Source of the DNA: Frankiales bacterium
GTDB lineage: Bacteria; Actinomycetota; Actinomycetes; Mycobacteriales; SCTD01
Assembly (NCBI GenBank): GCA_025965615.1
Contig: JAOPWP010000087.1
Coordinates: 1 to 43,805, forward strand
Reading direction: 5' to 3'
DNA: 43,805 nt
Shown: in pieces, positions 1-9,084 of the stretch
Layout: each line of letters starts with the position of its first letter
How positions within the stretch are numbered: position 1 is the first letter of the stretch
Program-made: the position numbers and the translations under genes
Notes under the pieces: generated by a model
Seen by the model: only the letters and a program-made list of their open reading frames with translations
The model's database searches: none
Told to the model about the DNA's origin: nothing

Positions 1-581
1 GCCAGGCCCTCGATGAGCACCTGCATGCCGAGGTAGGGCATGTCCCACCGGCTGTCGGACAGGGTGTCGTCCAGCAGTGTCTTGAGGTACGGGTTGATGG
101 GATACAGCAGGCCGACCTTCTCCTGCAGGAAGCGGGCGTAGGTCTCGGCGTGCCGCGCCTCGTCCATCGTCTGCGTCGCGGCGTAGAACTTGGCGTCCAG
201 GTCGGGGACCGACTCGACGATGCGGGCGGAGCAGATCATCGCCCCCTGCTCGCCGTGCAGGAACTGGCTGAACTGCCAGGCCGTCATGTGCTGCTTGAGC
301 TGGCCCACGGCCGCCCGGTCGTCCTTGATCTTGTCCCACTGCGGCGTCCCGAAGATCGCGATGCTCTCGTCGGGGAGGCCGAGGACGTCCATCGGGTCGA
401 CCTCGATGTCCCAGTCGATCCGGTGCACCTGGTCCCACTGCTTGTCCTTGCCCTTCTGGTAGAGCGACAGCAACCGGTCCCGGCCGTCGTCGTAGTCCCA
501 GGTGAAGCGGGAGGCGCCTGCCATGTCGACGTCCCACGTCGCGTGCTCGGCGGGGATCGTGTAGAGCTCGTGCGTGCTCAT
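1..581 (-). CDS. Ferritin-like diiron domain protein (AurF/N-oxygenase-like), 3' end outside window
   Basis: Not in the ORF track because it runs off the edge. Hand translation from ATG 581 gives MSTHELYTIP...FSQFLHGEQGAM...TMDEARHAETY...MQVLIEGLA, with GE and DEARH (ExxH) diiron ligands. ATGA overlap with the upstream TetR stop. Confidence 0.8.
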   Translation of the reverse strand, partial: MSTHELYTIPAEHATWDVDMAGASRFTWDYDDGRDRLLSLYQKGKDKQWDQVHRIDWDIEVDPMDVLGLPDESIAIFGTPQWDKIKDDRAAVGQLKQHMTAWQFSQFLHGEQGAMICSARIVESVPDLDAKFYAATQTMDEARHAETYARFLQEKVGLLYPINPYLKTLLDDTLSDSRWDMPYLGMQVLIEGL

Positions 582-1162
582 GCGGGGCCTCCAGAGGCGT
601 CAGACGTGGCGTGGGAGAGCAGGGAGTCGACGAGCCGGGCGATGTCGGCGCCCACCTGGTCGGGGCGAGCACCGGGCAGCACCAGGTGGGACAGCGTCAG
701 CCGGTTGACGGTGTCGGCGACGAAGAGCACGAGATCGCCTGGCAGGGAGGGCCAGTGCCCCGACAGGTAGCGGGCGCAGTGGTCGTTCGCGGCGCTCAGC
801 AGCGCCTCGGACCTCGTTGTGAGGAACGGCAGCAGCCCGCCGGTGTCATCGGTGAGCACCGCCTTGAGCAGGGGGTTGCCGGCAGCCTCGGCGAGGGTCC
901 ACTCGGTCGCGGCTCCCACGGCCTCGCCGGGACTGCCCCCGTGGCCGACCATCGCCGCGTCGGCGCCCTCCATGTAGCGGGCCGCCTCGCGCAGCGCGAG
1001 GGCCTGGGCGAGAGCGTCCTTGGAGCCGAACTCGTAGTAGAGCGTCTGCCGGCTCACGCCGGCCGCCCTCGCGACGTCGGCCATGCGCAGGCGGTCCCAG
1101 TCGGCCCCGGAGCGCACGGCGTCGGCCGCCGCCTCGAGCAGCAGGTCCCGGGTGGTGTGCAC
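578..1162 (-). CDS. TetR/AcrR family transcriptional regulator
   Basis: N-terminal HTH MADVARAAGVSRQTLYYEFGSKDAL; C-terminal NPLLKAVLT..LLPFLT resembles AlkX-type TetRs. Confidence 0.9.
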   Translation of the reverse strand: MHTTRDLLLEAAADAVRSGADWDRLRMADVARAAGVSRQTLYYEFGSKDALAQALALREAARYMEGADAAMVGHGGSPGEAVGAATEWTLAEAAGNPLLKAVLTDDTGGLLPFLTTRSEALLSAANDHCARYLSGHWPSLPGDLVLFVADTVNRLTLSHLVLPGARPDQVGADIARLVDSLLSHATSDASGGPA

Positions 1163-1168
1163 GGCGTC

Positions 1169-1196
1169 ACATTGACACAGACTCGCGTGGTGTCAA
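1169..1196 (-). promoter_or_regulatory. Leaderless promoter of the tetR operon overlapped by an inverted-repeat operator
   Basis: Minus strand TTGACA-N16-CAATGT-N6-GTG start; perfect inverted repeat TTGACAC-N11-GTGTCAA at 1172-1196. Confidence 0.7.
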
Positions 1197-1323
1197 GACA
1201 CCAGTCGGCTGAACGTCAAGGCAGCTGTGCGGTGGCGGCGCCCTGTCGAGGGGTCCCGCGTCGAGGAGGTCGGCGGAAAGGTCCTGCGGGTCGCGCCCGC
1301 ATAAAGCGTGGTGGACGGCGTCG

Positions 1324-2520
1324 CTAGGTCGTCTTCGCGCCGAGGTCGAACTCCCGCTGGCGCCCGGTCGCCCACTCCACCATCAGGCACGTCGCATCGT
1401 CCTGGAGTGCCTCGTCCTGGTGGTCGAGGACCGCACGGAACAACCGGCGCAGGGTCTCGGGCGGGGGTTGCTGCGCCGCAGACTCTCGGCTCAGGAAGTC
1501 CGCCAGCCGGTGGACCCCGAACTGCTCGCCGTCGGGTGCCCGGGCCTCGACGAGCCCGTCGGTGAACATCAGCAGGGCGTCACCCGGCTGGAGCCTGAAC
1601 TCCCCGACGACGTCGTCCCGGCCGCCCAGCCCCAGGGGGACGCCCGCCGCCACGTCGACGGCACCGAGGACCTTGCCGGCCCGCAGCAGCAGCGGCGCCG
1701 GGTGTCCGGCCAACAGCAGCGTGACCGTGCCTGTGCTCAGGTCCAGCTGCACGAGCAGGGCTGTCACGAAGGAGCTCTCGCCGAACTCCGCCGCCACGGC
1801 TGCGTCCATGGCGGCGGCTGTCTCGACGAGGTCCGCGCCGTACCGCCTGCTGATCCGGTACGCGGCGAGAGCCACGCTGGTCATCAGCGTGGCGGACAGC
1901 CCGTGACCCATCCCGTCGAGCACGGCCGCGTGCAGGACGGCTCCGTCGTCGGCATGGTCGAAGGCGTCCCCCGCCGCCTCCCCCCACGGCTCGAGCAGGC
2001 CGGTGACGGTCACGTGCTCGGTGCTGTAGGTGAAGGGCGGCAGCTGCCTCCACAGCAGCTGCGCCGCCACGGTCATCGGCCGGGACTCGCGTGTCCGAGC
2101 GATCAGGTCGGTGTGCTGGCTGCGGCTGCGCAGGAGCTCGGCCACGAGCGAGGCGTAGAGCTGCGCCTCGCGCCGGATCTCCTCGACCTGCTCGGCGCTG
2201 CAGAGCAGCTCCAGCACACCGAGGCGCTCGGCTCCGTCGAGGAGCGGGAGCCACAGCCGAGGCTGGTCGTCCACGGCGCTCGGAAGGACCTCGAGCGTCT
2301 TGTACGCCCGTCCCGGCACGCTGCCCTCGACCGCCACCACCGCCCGGTCCCGCTCGCCGAACGGGACGAGCCGCGCCTGGTCGCGGTCCACGAGGTAGAC
2401 GAAGGCGTCCAGCGCACCGAGCCGGCGGGCCCCCTCGGCGACGGCGGCCGGGAGGTCGTGCGGCGCGAGCAGGTGGGACCGGTCCAGCAGGAAACCCAGA
2501 CTGCCCTCGACGCCGGTCAT
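1324..2520 (-). CDS. PP2C/SpoIIE family protein-serine/threonine phosphatase with N-terminal GAF-like region
   Basis: Motifs GDAFD, LDGMGHG, LAGHPAP, FTDGLVE, DDATC. Start reset to ATG 2520 (GGAGG upstream); the track's upstream extension is out-of-frame overlap with the K+ channel gene. Confidence 0.88.
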   Translation of the reverse strand: MTGVEGSLGFLLDRSHLLAPHDLPAAVAEGARRLGALDAFVYLVDRDQARLVPFGERDRAVVAVEGSVPGRAYKTLEVLPSAVDDQPRLWLPLLDGAERLGVLELLCSAEQVEEIRREAQLYASLVAELLRSRSQHTDLIARTRESRPMTVAAQLLWRQLPPFTYSTEHVTVTGLLEPWGEAAGDAFDHADDGAVLHAAVLDGMGHGLSATLMTSVALAAYRISRRYGADLVETAAAMDAAVAAEFGESSFVTALLVQLDLSTGTVTLLLAGHPAPLLLRAGKVLGAVDVAAGVPLGLGGRDDVVGEFRLQPGDALLMFTDGLVEARAPDGEQFGVHRLADFLSRESAAQQPPPETLRRLFRAVLDHQDEALQDDATCLMVEWATGRQREFDLGAKTT

Positions 2521-2627
2521 CCGACCTCCTCTGCTCGCACCACGGTCAGGTGCCCCGTCGCCCGTACCCCCACCCGCTCGGCCGTCTTGCGGATGCCAGG
2601 GCCGCGCCGGACGAGCAGGTACCTGCT

Positions 2628-3716
2628 CTACTCCCGGACACCCGGGGTGCTCACGTGCACGCCCCCGGCCGGCGCACCGCGCACGACCACGATGCGGTCG
2701 GACTTGCGCAGCTTCAAACCCTCGTCGGCGGTGAACATGAACGTCTCGCCGTCCCGGACGATGGCGACGACGAGGTCCCGGCACGCCCGCGGGGTCAGGC
2801 CGACCTCGTCGCGCTGCACCGCGCGCTCGACCAGCTCGAGACCGGACCCGGGGACCAGCAGGTCCTCGAAGATCGCGCCGGTGGTGGGGCTGCTGGCTGC
2901 GACCCCCAGCAGCCGACCGGCCGCCTCCGAGGAGACGACGACGCCGTCGGCACCGCCTTCGCGCAGCAGCGGCGCGTTCTCGCTCTCGCGCACGGCCGCG
3001 ACGACGTAGGCCGAGGGGTTGTGCCGGCGGACGGTCAGCGTCACGAGCACGGCTGCGTCGTCCCGGGGGACCGCGACGATGACCCGCTTGGCGTGCTCGA
3101 TGTCGGCCCGACGCAGGACGTCGGCCCTCGTGCCGTCGCCGACGACCGCCGTGATGCCGTCGTCGGTGGCGTCGGCGATGTGGGTCGGGTCGTTGTCGAC
3201 CGCGACGATGCTGGCCTTGTCGGCGCCGTCGTCGATCAGGGCGCGGACCGCGCTGCGCCCCTTGGTGCCGTAGCCGACGACGACGGTGTGGTCGCGCAAG
3301 GAGGACCTCCAACGGTTCTGCCGGAACTGGTCGCGCGTGCGCTCGGTCAGCACCTCGAGCGTCGTCCCGACCAGGATGATGAGGAAGAGCAGGCGCAGCG
3401 GGGTCACGCACAGGATGTTGACCAGCCGCGCGCCGTCGCTGACCGGTGTGATGTCGCCGTAGCCGGTCGTCGAGAGGCTGACCGTGGCGTAGTAGAAGGC
3501 GTCGAGCAGGTCCACCTCGCCGTCCGAGGTGTCGTTGTAGCCCTCACGGTCGAACCAGACGATCAGCGCGACGGCGGACAGCGCGACGAAGGCGATCACG
3601 ATCCGCCGCAGCACCGCCTTGACCGGTCCGATCTCGGAGCGCGGGAGGACGATGTCCGCCGTCTGGCGACCGGCAGAGCGCGACGACGGGCCCGGCACCG
3701 CGTTGGACAGGGGCAT
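2628..3716 (-). CDS. Potassium channel family protein (2TM pore plus RCK/TrkA-N domain)
   Basis: Selectivity filter STTGYGD, flanking TM helices, Rossmann motif VVGYGTKG, GDGT motif. Confidence 0.92.
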   Translation of the reverse strand: MPLSNAVPGPSSRSAGRQTADIVLPRSEIGPVKAVLRRIVIAFVALSAVALIVWFDREGYNDTSDGEVDLLDAFYYATVSLSTTGYGDITPVSDGARLVNILCVTPLRLLFLIILVGTTLEVLTERTRDQFRQNRWRSSLRDHTVVVGYGTKGRSAVRALIDDGADKASIVAVDNDPTHIADATDDGITAVVGDGTRADVLRRADIEHAKRVIVAVPRDDAAVLVTLTVRRHNPSAYVVAAVRESENAPLLREGGADGVVVSSEAAGRLLGVAASSPTTGAIFEDLLVPGSGLELVERAVQRDEVGLTPRACRDLVVAIVRDGETFMFTADEGLKLRKSDRIVVVRGAPAGGVHVSTPGVRE

Positions 3717-3950
3717 CAGCCGGCGCGCTGGAGGCGCTCGTCGGCCGAAGCGGACACGACCGACAACGTCAACTCCTGGGGCACGGGACTGCTCGGGTGC
3801 CGGGTGCCTGGCCCCCGGCGCAGCAGCCAGTGTGAAGGATCACGGCCGCACGGCGAGCGGCGGGCTGCCCACGGGCCCGGGCAGGCGGGCGAGGCGCCCG
3901 CGCGTGTGGCCCGGGATGCCTCGTTGTGAGGCAAACCCGCAGGCGGAGCG

Positions 3951-3975
3951 GTTTGCGTGGAGGCGCGAGCGGTAG
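3951..3975 (+). promoter_or_regulatory. Possible SigB/SigF-type stress promoter upstream of the mannitol operon
   Basis: GTTT-N15-CGGTAG resembles the GTTT-N15/17-GGGTA consensus with one mismatch. Confidence 0.35.
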
Positions 3976-4069
3976 ATCAAGCACCGTGCGTTGAGAACCC
4001 AGCGCCGTCCGGTCGGTCGACGCTGGGCGATGCCGCGTCGAGAAGCACTGCGCACAGTACGGAGAGGTC

Positions 4070-5632
4070 ATGTCGAAGCCGGTCACCTGCCTGTCGCAGG
4101 CCACCCTGGACCTGCTGCCGGAGCATGTCGCGGTCCCGTCGTACGACCGGAGCTCGCTGGTCCCCTCGGTGGTCCACATCGGCGTCGGCGGGTTCCACCG
4201 GGCGCACCAGGCGGTCTACTTCGACGACCTCGCTGAGTGCGGCGACCCGGGGTGGGGGGTCGTCGGGGTCGGGCTGCGCCGGCCGCAGATGGGGGACGTC
4301 CTCAAGGGCCAGGACGGCTTGTTCACGGTGATCGAGCGCAGCCCCGACGGTGAGCGCGCGCGGGTCATCGGCTCACTGCTGGACTACCACTTCGCACCGG
4401 ACGACCCGGAGGCGGTGCTGCGCGCGCTGGCCGACCCCCGCACCCGGCTGGTCACCCTGACCATCACGGGCGGTGGCTACCTCGTGGGCGAGGACGGCAC
4501 GCTCACAGCCTCCGACGACGATCTGCAGCACGACCTGGACAACCCCGACCGGCCACGCACCACCGCAGGCTTCCTGGTCGAGGCGCTCCGGCGCCGCCGG
4601 GACGCCGGCGCCGGGCCGTTCACGGTGCTGTCGTGCGACAACCTGCCGGACAGCGGCGCGGCCGCCCGGGCGATGGTGGTGGGCTTCGCCGAGCTGCGTG
4701 ACCCGGAGCTGGCCGGCTGGATCTGCGAGCACGCGAGCTTCCCGGCGAGCATGGTCGACCGCATCACCCCCGAGACCTCGCCGGAGCTCCGCGACGAGGT
4801 CGAGCTGGCCTTCGGCGTCCCGGACCGGTGGCCGGTCGTCACCGAGCCGTTCCGCCAGTGGGTGGTCGAGGACGACTTCTGCGCCGGGCGGCCCCCGCTC
4901 GAACAGGTCGGCGTGGAGTTCGTGAGCGACGTCGCCGCCTACAAGCTGGTCAAGGCGCGGCTGCTCAACGGCGGGCACTGCGCGCTCGGCTACCTCGGGG
5001 CCCTGCGTGGACATCACACGACGGACCAGGCCATGGCGGACCCGGTCGTGCGCGAGTGCGTCGAGCGCATGCTCGCCGACGAGGTCGTTCCCCTGCTGCC
5101 CGACGTCCCCGGCCTCGACCTGCAGGCCTACCTGCAGACGACGCTCCAGCGCTTCGCGAACCCGGCGATCAGCGACAGCCTGGACCGGCTGTGCCGGCGG
5201 GGATCGGTCAAGATGCCGTCGTACCTGCTCCCGTCGCTGCGCGAGGCACGGGCCCAGGGCCGACAGGCACCACTGCTCGTGCTCGCTGTCGCGGGCTGGT
5301 TGAAGTACCTGCGGGGCGCCGACCTCGCGGGGCAGCCCCTCGAGGTGCAGGACCCCAAGGCGCAGAACCTGGTGGCCCTGGCCCAGGCCGGCGGCGATGA
5401 CCCGCGGAGGGTGCTCGGTGCGCGCAGCGTCTTCGGCGACCTCGTGGAGGACGGTGCCCTGGTCCAGGAGCTGGGCTGGGCCCTGCGGACCCTGTCCAGG
5501 GACGGGCTGGGCGCAGCCCTGCGGGACGCCGCCCTGAGGGACGTGGCGGCTGTCCTACGGGACGCGGACGCCGTGCTGCGGGACGCTGTGCTGCAGCAGG
5601 CGGACGCGATGGTCGGGGAGAGCGCCGCCTGA
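4070..5632 (+). CDS. Mannitol dehydrogenase family protein (long-chain polyol dehydrogenase), copy 1
   Basis: VHIGVGGFHRAHQ, SCDN, MVDRITP, KARLLNGGH; GGAGAGG RBS. Confidence 0.92.
   Translation: MSKPVTCLSQATLDLLPEHVAVPSYDRSSLVPSVVHIGVGGFHRAHQAVYFDDLAECGDPGWGVVGVGLRRPQMGDVLKGQDGLFTVIERSPDGERARVIGSLLDYHFAPDDPEAVLRALADPRTRLVTLTITGGGYLVGEDGTLTASDDDLQHDLDNPDRPRTTAGFLVEALRRRRDAGAGPFTVLSCDNLPDSGAAARAMVVGFAELRDPELAGWICEHASFPASMVDRITPETSPELRDEVELAFGVPDRWPVVTEPFRQWVVEDDFCAGRPPLEQVGVEFVSDVAAYKLVKARLLNGGHCALGYLGALRGHHTTDQAMADPVVRECVERMLADEVVPLLPDVPGLDLQAYLQTTLQRFANPAISDSLDRLCRRGSVKMPSYLLPSLREARAQGRQAPLLVLAVAGWLKYLRGADLAGQPLEVQDPKAQNLVALAQAGGDDPRRVLGARSVFGDLVEDGALVQELGWALRTLSRDGLGAALRDAALRDVAAVLRDADAVLRDAVLQQADAMVGESAA
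5515..5592 (+). repeat. Short intragenic tandem repeat, (A/V)LRD x4, in the C-terminal tail of dehydrogenase 1
   Basis: Protein ALRDA-ALRDVAA-VLRDADA-VLRDAVL; DNA units resemble g(c/t)nctnmgggacg. Confidence 0.6.
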
Positions 5633-5680
5633 CCGCTCTGCGCACAGCCACCGCCACCGCTCACGACGACGAGGAACTGC

Positions 5681-6508
5681 ATGTCGCTCGACCTGCCTGA
5701 CCTGGGCGATCTCGCGCTGGAGGCCGTGCTCTGCGACGCCGACGGCAACCTGTTCCCCTCGGAGGGGCCGGCCTTCGTCGCCTCGGCCGACGTCACGAAC
5801 GCCTTCCTCGAGCAGCTCGGTGTCCCGGCCCGGTTCACGGCTGAGCAGCTGCGGCTGGCGACGACGGGGAAGAACTTCCGGACCACCGCGGTCGACCTGG
5901 CGGTCGAGCACGGGGTCCCCGTGGAGGCGGTCCTCGCCACCCGGCGCCCCGGCGCGACGACGGCTCCCGCCGGCCCGGGGGTGCTCACGGCGGCAGCGCT
6001 CGAGCACTGGGTGCAGGAGGAGGGACGGCAGGTCACCCGCTACCTCTCCGACGTCCTGCGGCCCGACCCCGACGTCCTCGGACCGTTGACCTCCCTCGCG
6101 GACCGGTACGTGCTCGCGGCCGTCAGCAGCAGCGCGACCGCCCGGTTGACGGCCTGCTTCGAGGCGACCGGGCTCGACGCCCTGCTGCCTGCCCCGCTCC
6201 GGTTCAGCGCGGAGGACTCCCTGCCGGTCCCCACGAGCAAGCCGGACCCGGCGGTCTACCTCCACGCCTGCCAGGAGCTGGGCATCTCGCCGTCCCAGGC
6301 CGTCGCGGTCGAGGACTCCGTCCCCGGCGCCCAGTCGGCCGTCGCAGCCGGCATCGCGACCGTGGGGAACCTCCAGTTCGTCCCGGAGCCGGAGCGGGCC
6401 GAGCGGGCTGCGCAGCTGCGGGCCGCCGGTGTCGTCGCCCTGGTCACCAGCTGGGTCGAGGTCGAGGGCCTGCTGACCCGGGACTCCACCGCCCGGCGGA
6501 GCGCCTGA
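5681..6508 (+). CDS. HAD family phosphatase (candidate mannitol-1-phosphatase)
   Basis: Motif I DADGNL, motif II VSSS, SKPDPAVY, motif IV VEDSVPG. Confidence 0.88.
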   Translation: MSLDLPDLGDLALEAVLCDADGNLFPSEGPAFVASADVTNAFLEQLGVPARFTAEQLRLATTGKNFRTTAVDLAVEHGVPVEAVLATRRPGATTAPAGPGVLTAAALEHWVQEEGRQVTRYLSDVLRPDPDVLGPLTSLADRYVLAAVSSSATARLTACFEATGLDALLPAPLRFSAEDSLPVPTSKPDPAVYLHACQELGISPSQAVAVEDSVPGAQSAVAAGIATVGNLQFVPEPERAERAAQLRAAGVVALVTSWVEVEGLLTRDSTARRSA

Positions 6509-7149
6509 GCGCGGCGAACGCTCCGGACCAGGCCGCGCTCGCGGCGCTGGTCGCCCGCGCGCGCGAGCTCGCCTCCGGGGGGCGCCGGGTGCTCCTGGGC
6601 ATCGCCGGTTCTCCGGGTGCCGGGAAGTCCACGCTGGCCGCCGCCCTGGTCGATGCGCTCGGCCCGGAGGTCGCCGTCCTCGTCCCGCTCGACGGGTTCC
6701 ACCTCGACGACCGGGTCCTGGACGTGCTCGGGCGACGCGGCCGCAAGGGCGCCCCCGACACCTTCGACGCCGCCGGCTACGTCAGCCTGCTGCGCCGGAT
6801 CCGCGACCGGCACGACGACGTCGTCTACGCCCCGGTGTTCCTCCGCGAGCGGGAGCAGGCCGTGGCCGGCGCTCTCCCGGTCCGCGCCGAGGTCCCCCTG
6901 GTCGTCACGGAGGGCAACTACCTCCTGACCGACGGGCCGTTCGCCGCCGTGCGTCCCCTCCTGGACGAGGTGTGGTTCCTGGACGTGGACCCCGCCCTGC
7001 GCCGCCAGCGGCTGGTCTCCCGGCACGTCGCCCACGGCCGGCCCGCCGAGCAGGCAGAGCGCTGGGTCGCCTCGAGCGACGACGCCAACGCGCTGCTGAT
7101 CGAGGCCACCCGTGACCGCGCCGACCTCGTCGTGCGGCTCGAGCCGTGA
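6505..7149 (+). CDS. Nucleoside/nucleotide kinase family P-loop protein (FrcK/YggC-like)
   Basis: GIAGSPGAGKST, LDGFH, RKGAPDTFD, TEGNYLL. The family-like N-terminus extends upstream of GTG 6589; start tentatively placed at CTG 6505. Confidence 0.85.
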   Translation: MSAANAPDQAALAALVARARELASGGRRVLLGIAGSPGAGKSTLAAALVDALGPEVAVLVPLDGFHLDDRVLDVLGRRGRKGAPDTFDAAGYVSLLRRIRDRHDDVVYAPVFLREREQAVAGALPVRAEVPLVVTEGNYLLTDGPFAAVRPLLDEVWFLDVDPALRRQRLVSRHVAHGRPAEQAERWVASSDDANALLIEATRDRADLVVRLEP

Positions 7150-8645
7150 CGGCCTGCGGTCAGCAGCCGGACGGCGTGCCGCTTCGCGCGGCCACCGTGG
7201 CGGACCTCCCCTTGCCGCAGCCGTCGTACGACCGGAGCCAGGTCACGGTCGGCATCGTGCACCTCGGGGTGGGTGGCTTCCACCGTGCCCACGAGGCCGT
7301 GTTCGTCGACCGGCTCCTGTCGGCCGGCGCCACCGACTGGGGCATCTGTGGCGTGGGCACGCAGCCGGCCGACCGTCGGATGCGCGACGTGCTCCGGGCC
7401 CAGGACGGGCTCTACACCGTTCTGCTGAAGCACCCCGACGGGCGGATCGAGCCCCAGGTGATCGGGTCGCTGGTCGAGTACCTCTACGCGCCCGACGACC
7501 CGGAGGAGGTGGTCGAGCGCCTGGCGGCGGCCACCACCCGGCTCGTCTCCCTGACGATCACCGAAGGTGGCTACCTCGTCGACCCGCTGACCGGCGTCTT
7601 CCGCCCGGACGAGCCCGCAGTGCAGCTGGACCTGCAACCCGGGTCCCAGCCCACGACCGTGTTCGGCCTGGTCGTGGAGGCGCTGGCCCGGCGCCGCGAC
7701 CGGGGCACGCCACCGTTCACCGTGCTGTCCTGCGACAACGTCCCCCAGAACGGGGAGATCGCCCGGACGGCCTTCAGCGGCTTCGCTGCGCTCCGGGACC
7801 CCGAGCTGGGCGAGTGGGTCCGCTCTCGCGTCCTGTTCCCGAGCTCCATGGTGGACCGGATCACCCCGGCGACGACGGACGCCGACCGCGACCTGCTCGC
7901 CTCCCGGTTCGGCGTCAGGGACGCCTGGCCGGTCGTCTGCGAGCCCTACCTGCAGTGGGTCCTCGAGGACGGTTCCTCCGCCGCAGGTCCGGCGTGGGAG
8001 GACGTCGGGGTCCAGGTGGTGGAGGACGTCCATCCGTACGAGCTGATGAAGCTCCGGCTGCTCAACGCCGGCCACCAGGCCCTCGGCTACCTCGGCTACC
8101 TCGCCGGCTACCGCTACACCGACGAGGCCTGCGGCGACCCCGTCCTGACCGGCTTCCTGCTCGACTACATGGAGCTCGAGGCGACACCCACCCTGCGGCC
8201 GGTGCCCGGCGTGGACCTCCCCGCGTACTCCCGCTCCCTGCTCGAGCGGTTCGGCAACCCGGCGGTGCGGGACGCCCTGTCCCGGCTGTGCGCTGAGAGC
8301 TCGGACCGGATCGCGACCTTCCTGCTCCCGGTCGTCCGGGAGCAGCTCGCCCGGGGTGGGGACGTGCGCCGCTCCGCCCTGGTCTGCGCCGCCTGGGCCC
8401 GCTACGCCGAGGGCGTCGACGAGCAGGGCTCCCCCATCGAGGTGGTCGACCGCCTGCTCGAGACGGTGCGCGAGGCGGCCGCCGCGCAGCGCGACGACCC
8501 GACCGCCTTCCTGCGGCAGGTAGGCGTCTTCGGCGAGCTGGCCTCGGACCCCGTGTTCAGCGCGGCCTTCGTGGAGCACCTGCGCTCGCTGCACGAGCAC
8601 GGCGCTCGGGCGACGGTCGAGCGCCTGGTGGCAGCGGCCCGCTAG
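7146..8645 (+). CDS. Mannitol dehydrogenase family protein (mannitol 2-dehydrogenase-like), copy 2
   Basis: VHLGVGGFHRAHE, SCDN, MVDRITP, KLRLLNAGH, LCAESSDRI; GTGA overlap with the kinase stop. Confidence 0.92.
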   Translation: MTACGQQPDGVPLRAATVADLPLPQPSYDRSQVTVGIVHLGVGGFHRAHEAVFVDRLLSAGATDWGICGVGTQPADRRMRDVLRAQDGLYTVLLKHPDGRIEPQVIGSLVEYLYAPDDPEEVVERLAAATTRLVSLTITEGGYLVDPLTGVFRPDEPAVQLDLQPGSQPTTVFGLVVEALARRRDRGTPPFTVLSCDNVPQNGEIARTAFSGFAALRDPELGEWVRSRVLFPSSMVDRITPATTDADRDLLASRFGVRDAWPVVCEPYLQWVLEDGSSAAGPAWEDVGVQVVEDVHPYELMKLRLLNAGHQALGYLGYLAGYRYTDEACGDPVLTGFLLDYMELEATPTLRPVPGVDLPAYSRSLLERFGNPAVRDALSRLCAESSDRIATFLLPVVREQLARGGDVRRSALVCAAWARYAEGVDEQGSPIEVVDRLLETVREAAAAQRDDPTAFLRQVGVFGELASDPVFSAAFVEHLRSLHEHGARATVERLVAAAR

Positions 8646-8688
8646 CGAGGGTCGGGCTCACGAACCGTCCAAGGAGGAGCACTGCGAC

Positions 8689-9069
8689 GTGCGACCCGGC
8701 CGGGCTGAGGAGTCCGCGTCCCTGTGGTTGTCTCGGCACGTGGAGCCCGAGCAGAGCAGCGAGACCGGTGCGCGGGTGGACAACTCCGCCGTCCTGCACG
8801 CACTGGCCGAGCCTCGCCGGATCGAGCTGCTGCGGTTGCTCACCGACCAGCAGCTCTGCACCCGCGACCTGGTCCTCGCCACCGGCATGGCCCAGCCCCT
8901 GGTGTCCCACCACCTGCGCGTCCTGCGGCAGAGCATGCTCGTCGACAGCACCGTCTGCGCCAACCTGCGCGTCTACCGGGTGCGTGCCGCCACCCTGCGG
9001 GTGCTCGGCGAGCGGCTGGGCGTCATGGCCCGGCGGGCCGCCCTCACGTCCGACGAGCCGCCGTGCTGA
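8689..9069 (+). CDS. ArsR/SmtB family transcriptional regulator
   Basis: ALAEPRRIELLRLL...QPLVSHHLRVLR HTH; AAGGAGG RBS upstream of GTG 8689. Confidence 0.85.
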   Translation: MRPGRAEESASLWLSRHVEPEQSSETGARVDNSAVLHALAEPRRIELLRLLTDQQLCTRDLVLATGMAQPLVSHHLRVLRQSMLVDSTVCANLRVYRVRAATLRVLGERLGVMARRAALTSDEPPC

Positions 9070-9084
9070 GCCGGAAGACCCACG

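Noticed and set aside
2521-3411. Long N-terminal extensions in the ORF track (PP2C; likewise fabI, ligase 2, fabD, hisN, prfC) suggesting fusions
   Set aside because: The extensions are Arg/Pro-rich alternative frames of neighbouring genes; better starts with an RBS, a -10 box or a stop overlap exist downstream.
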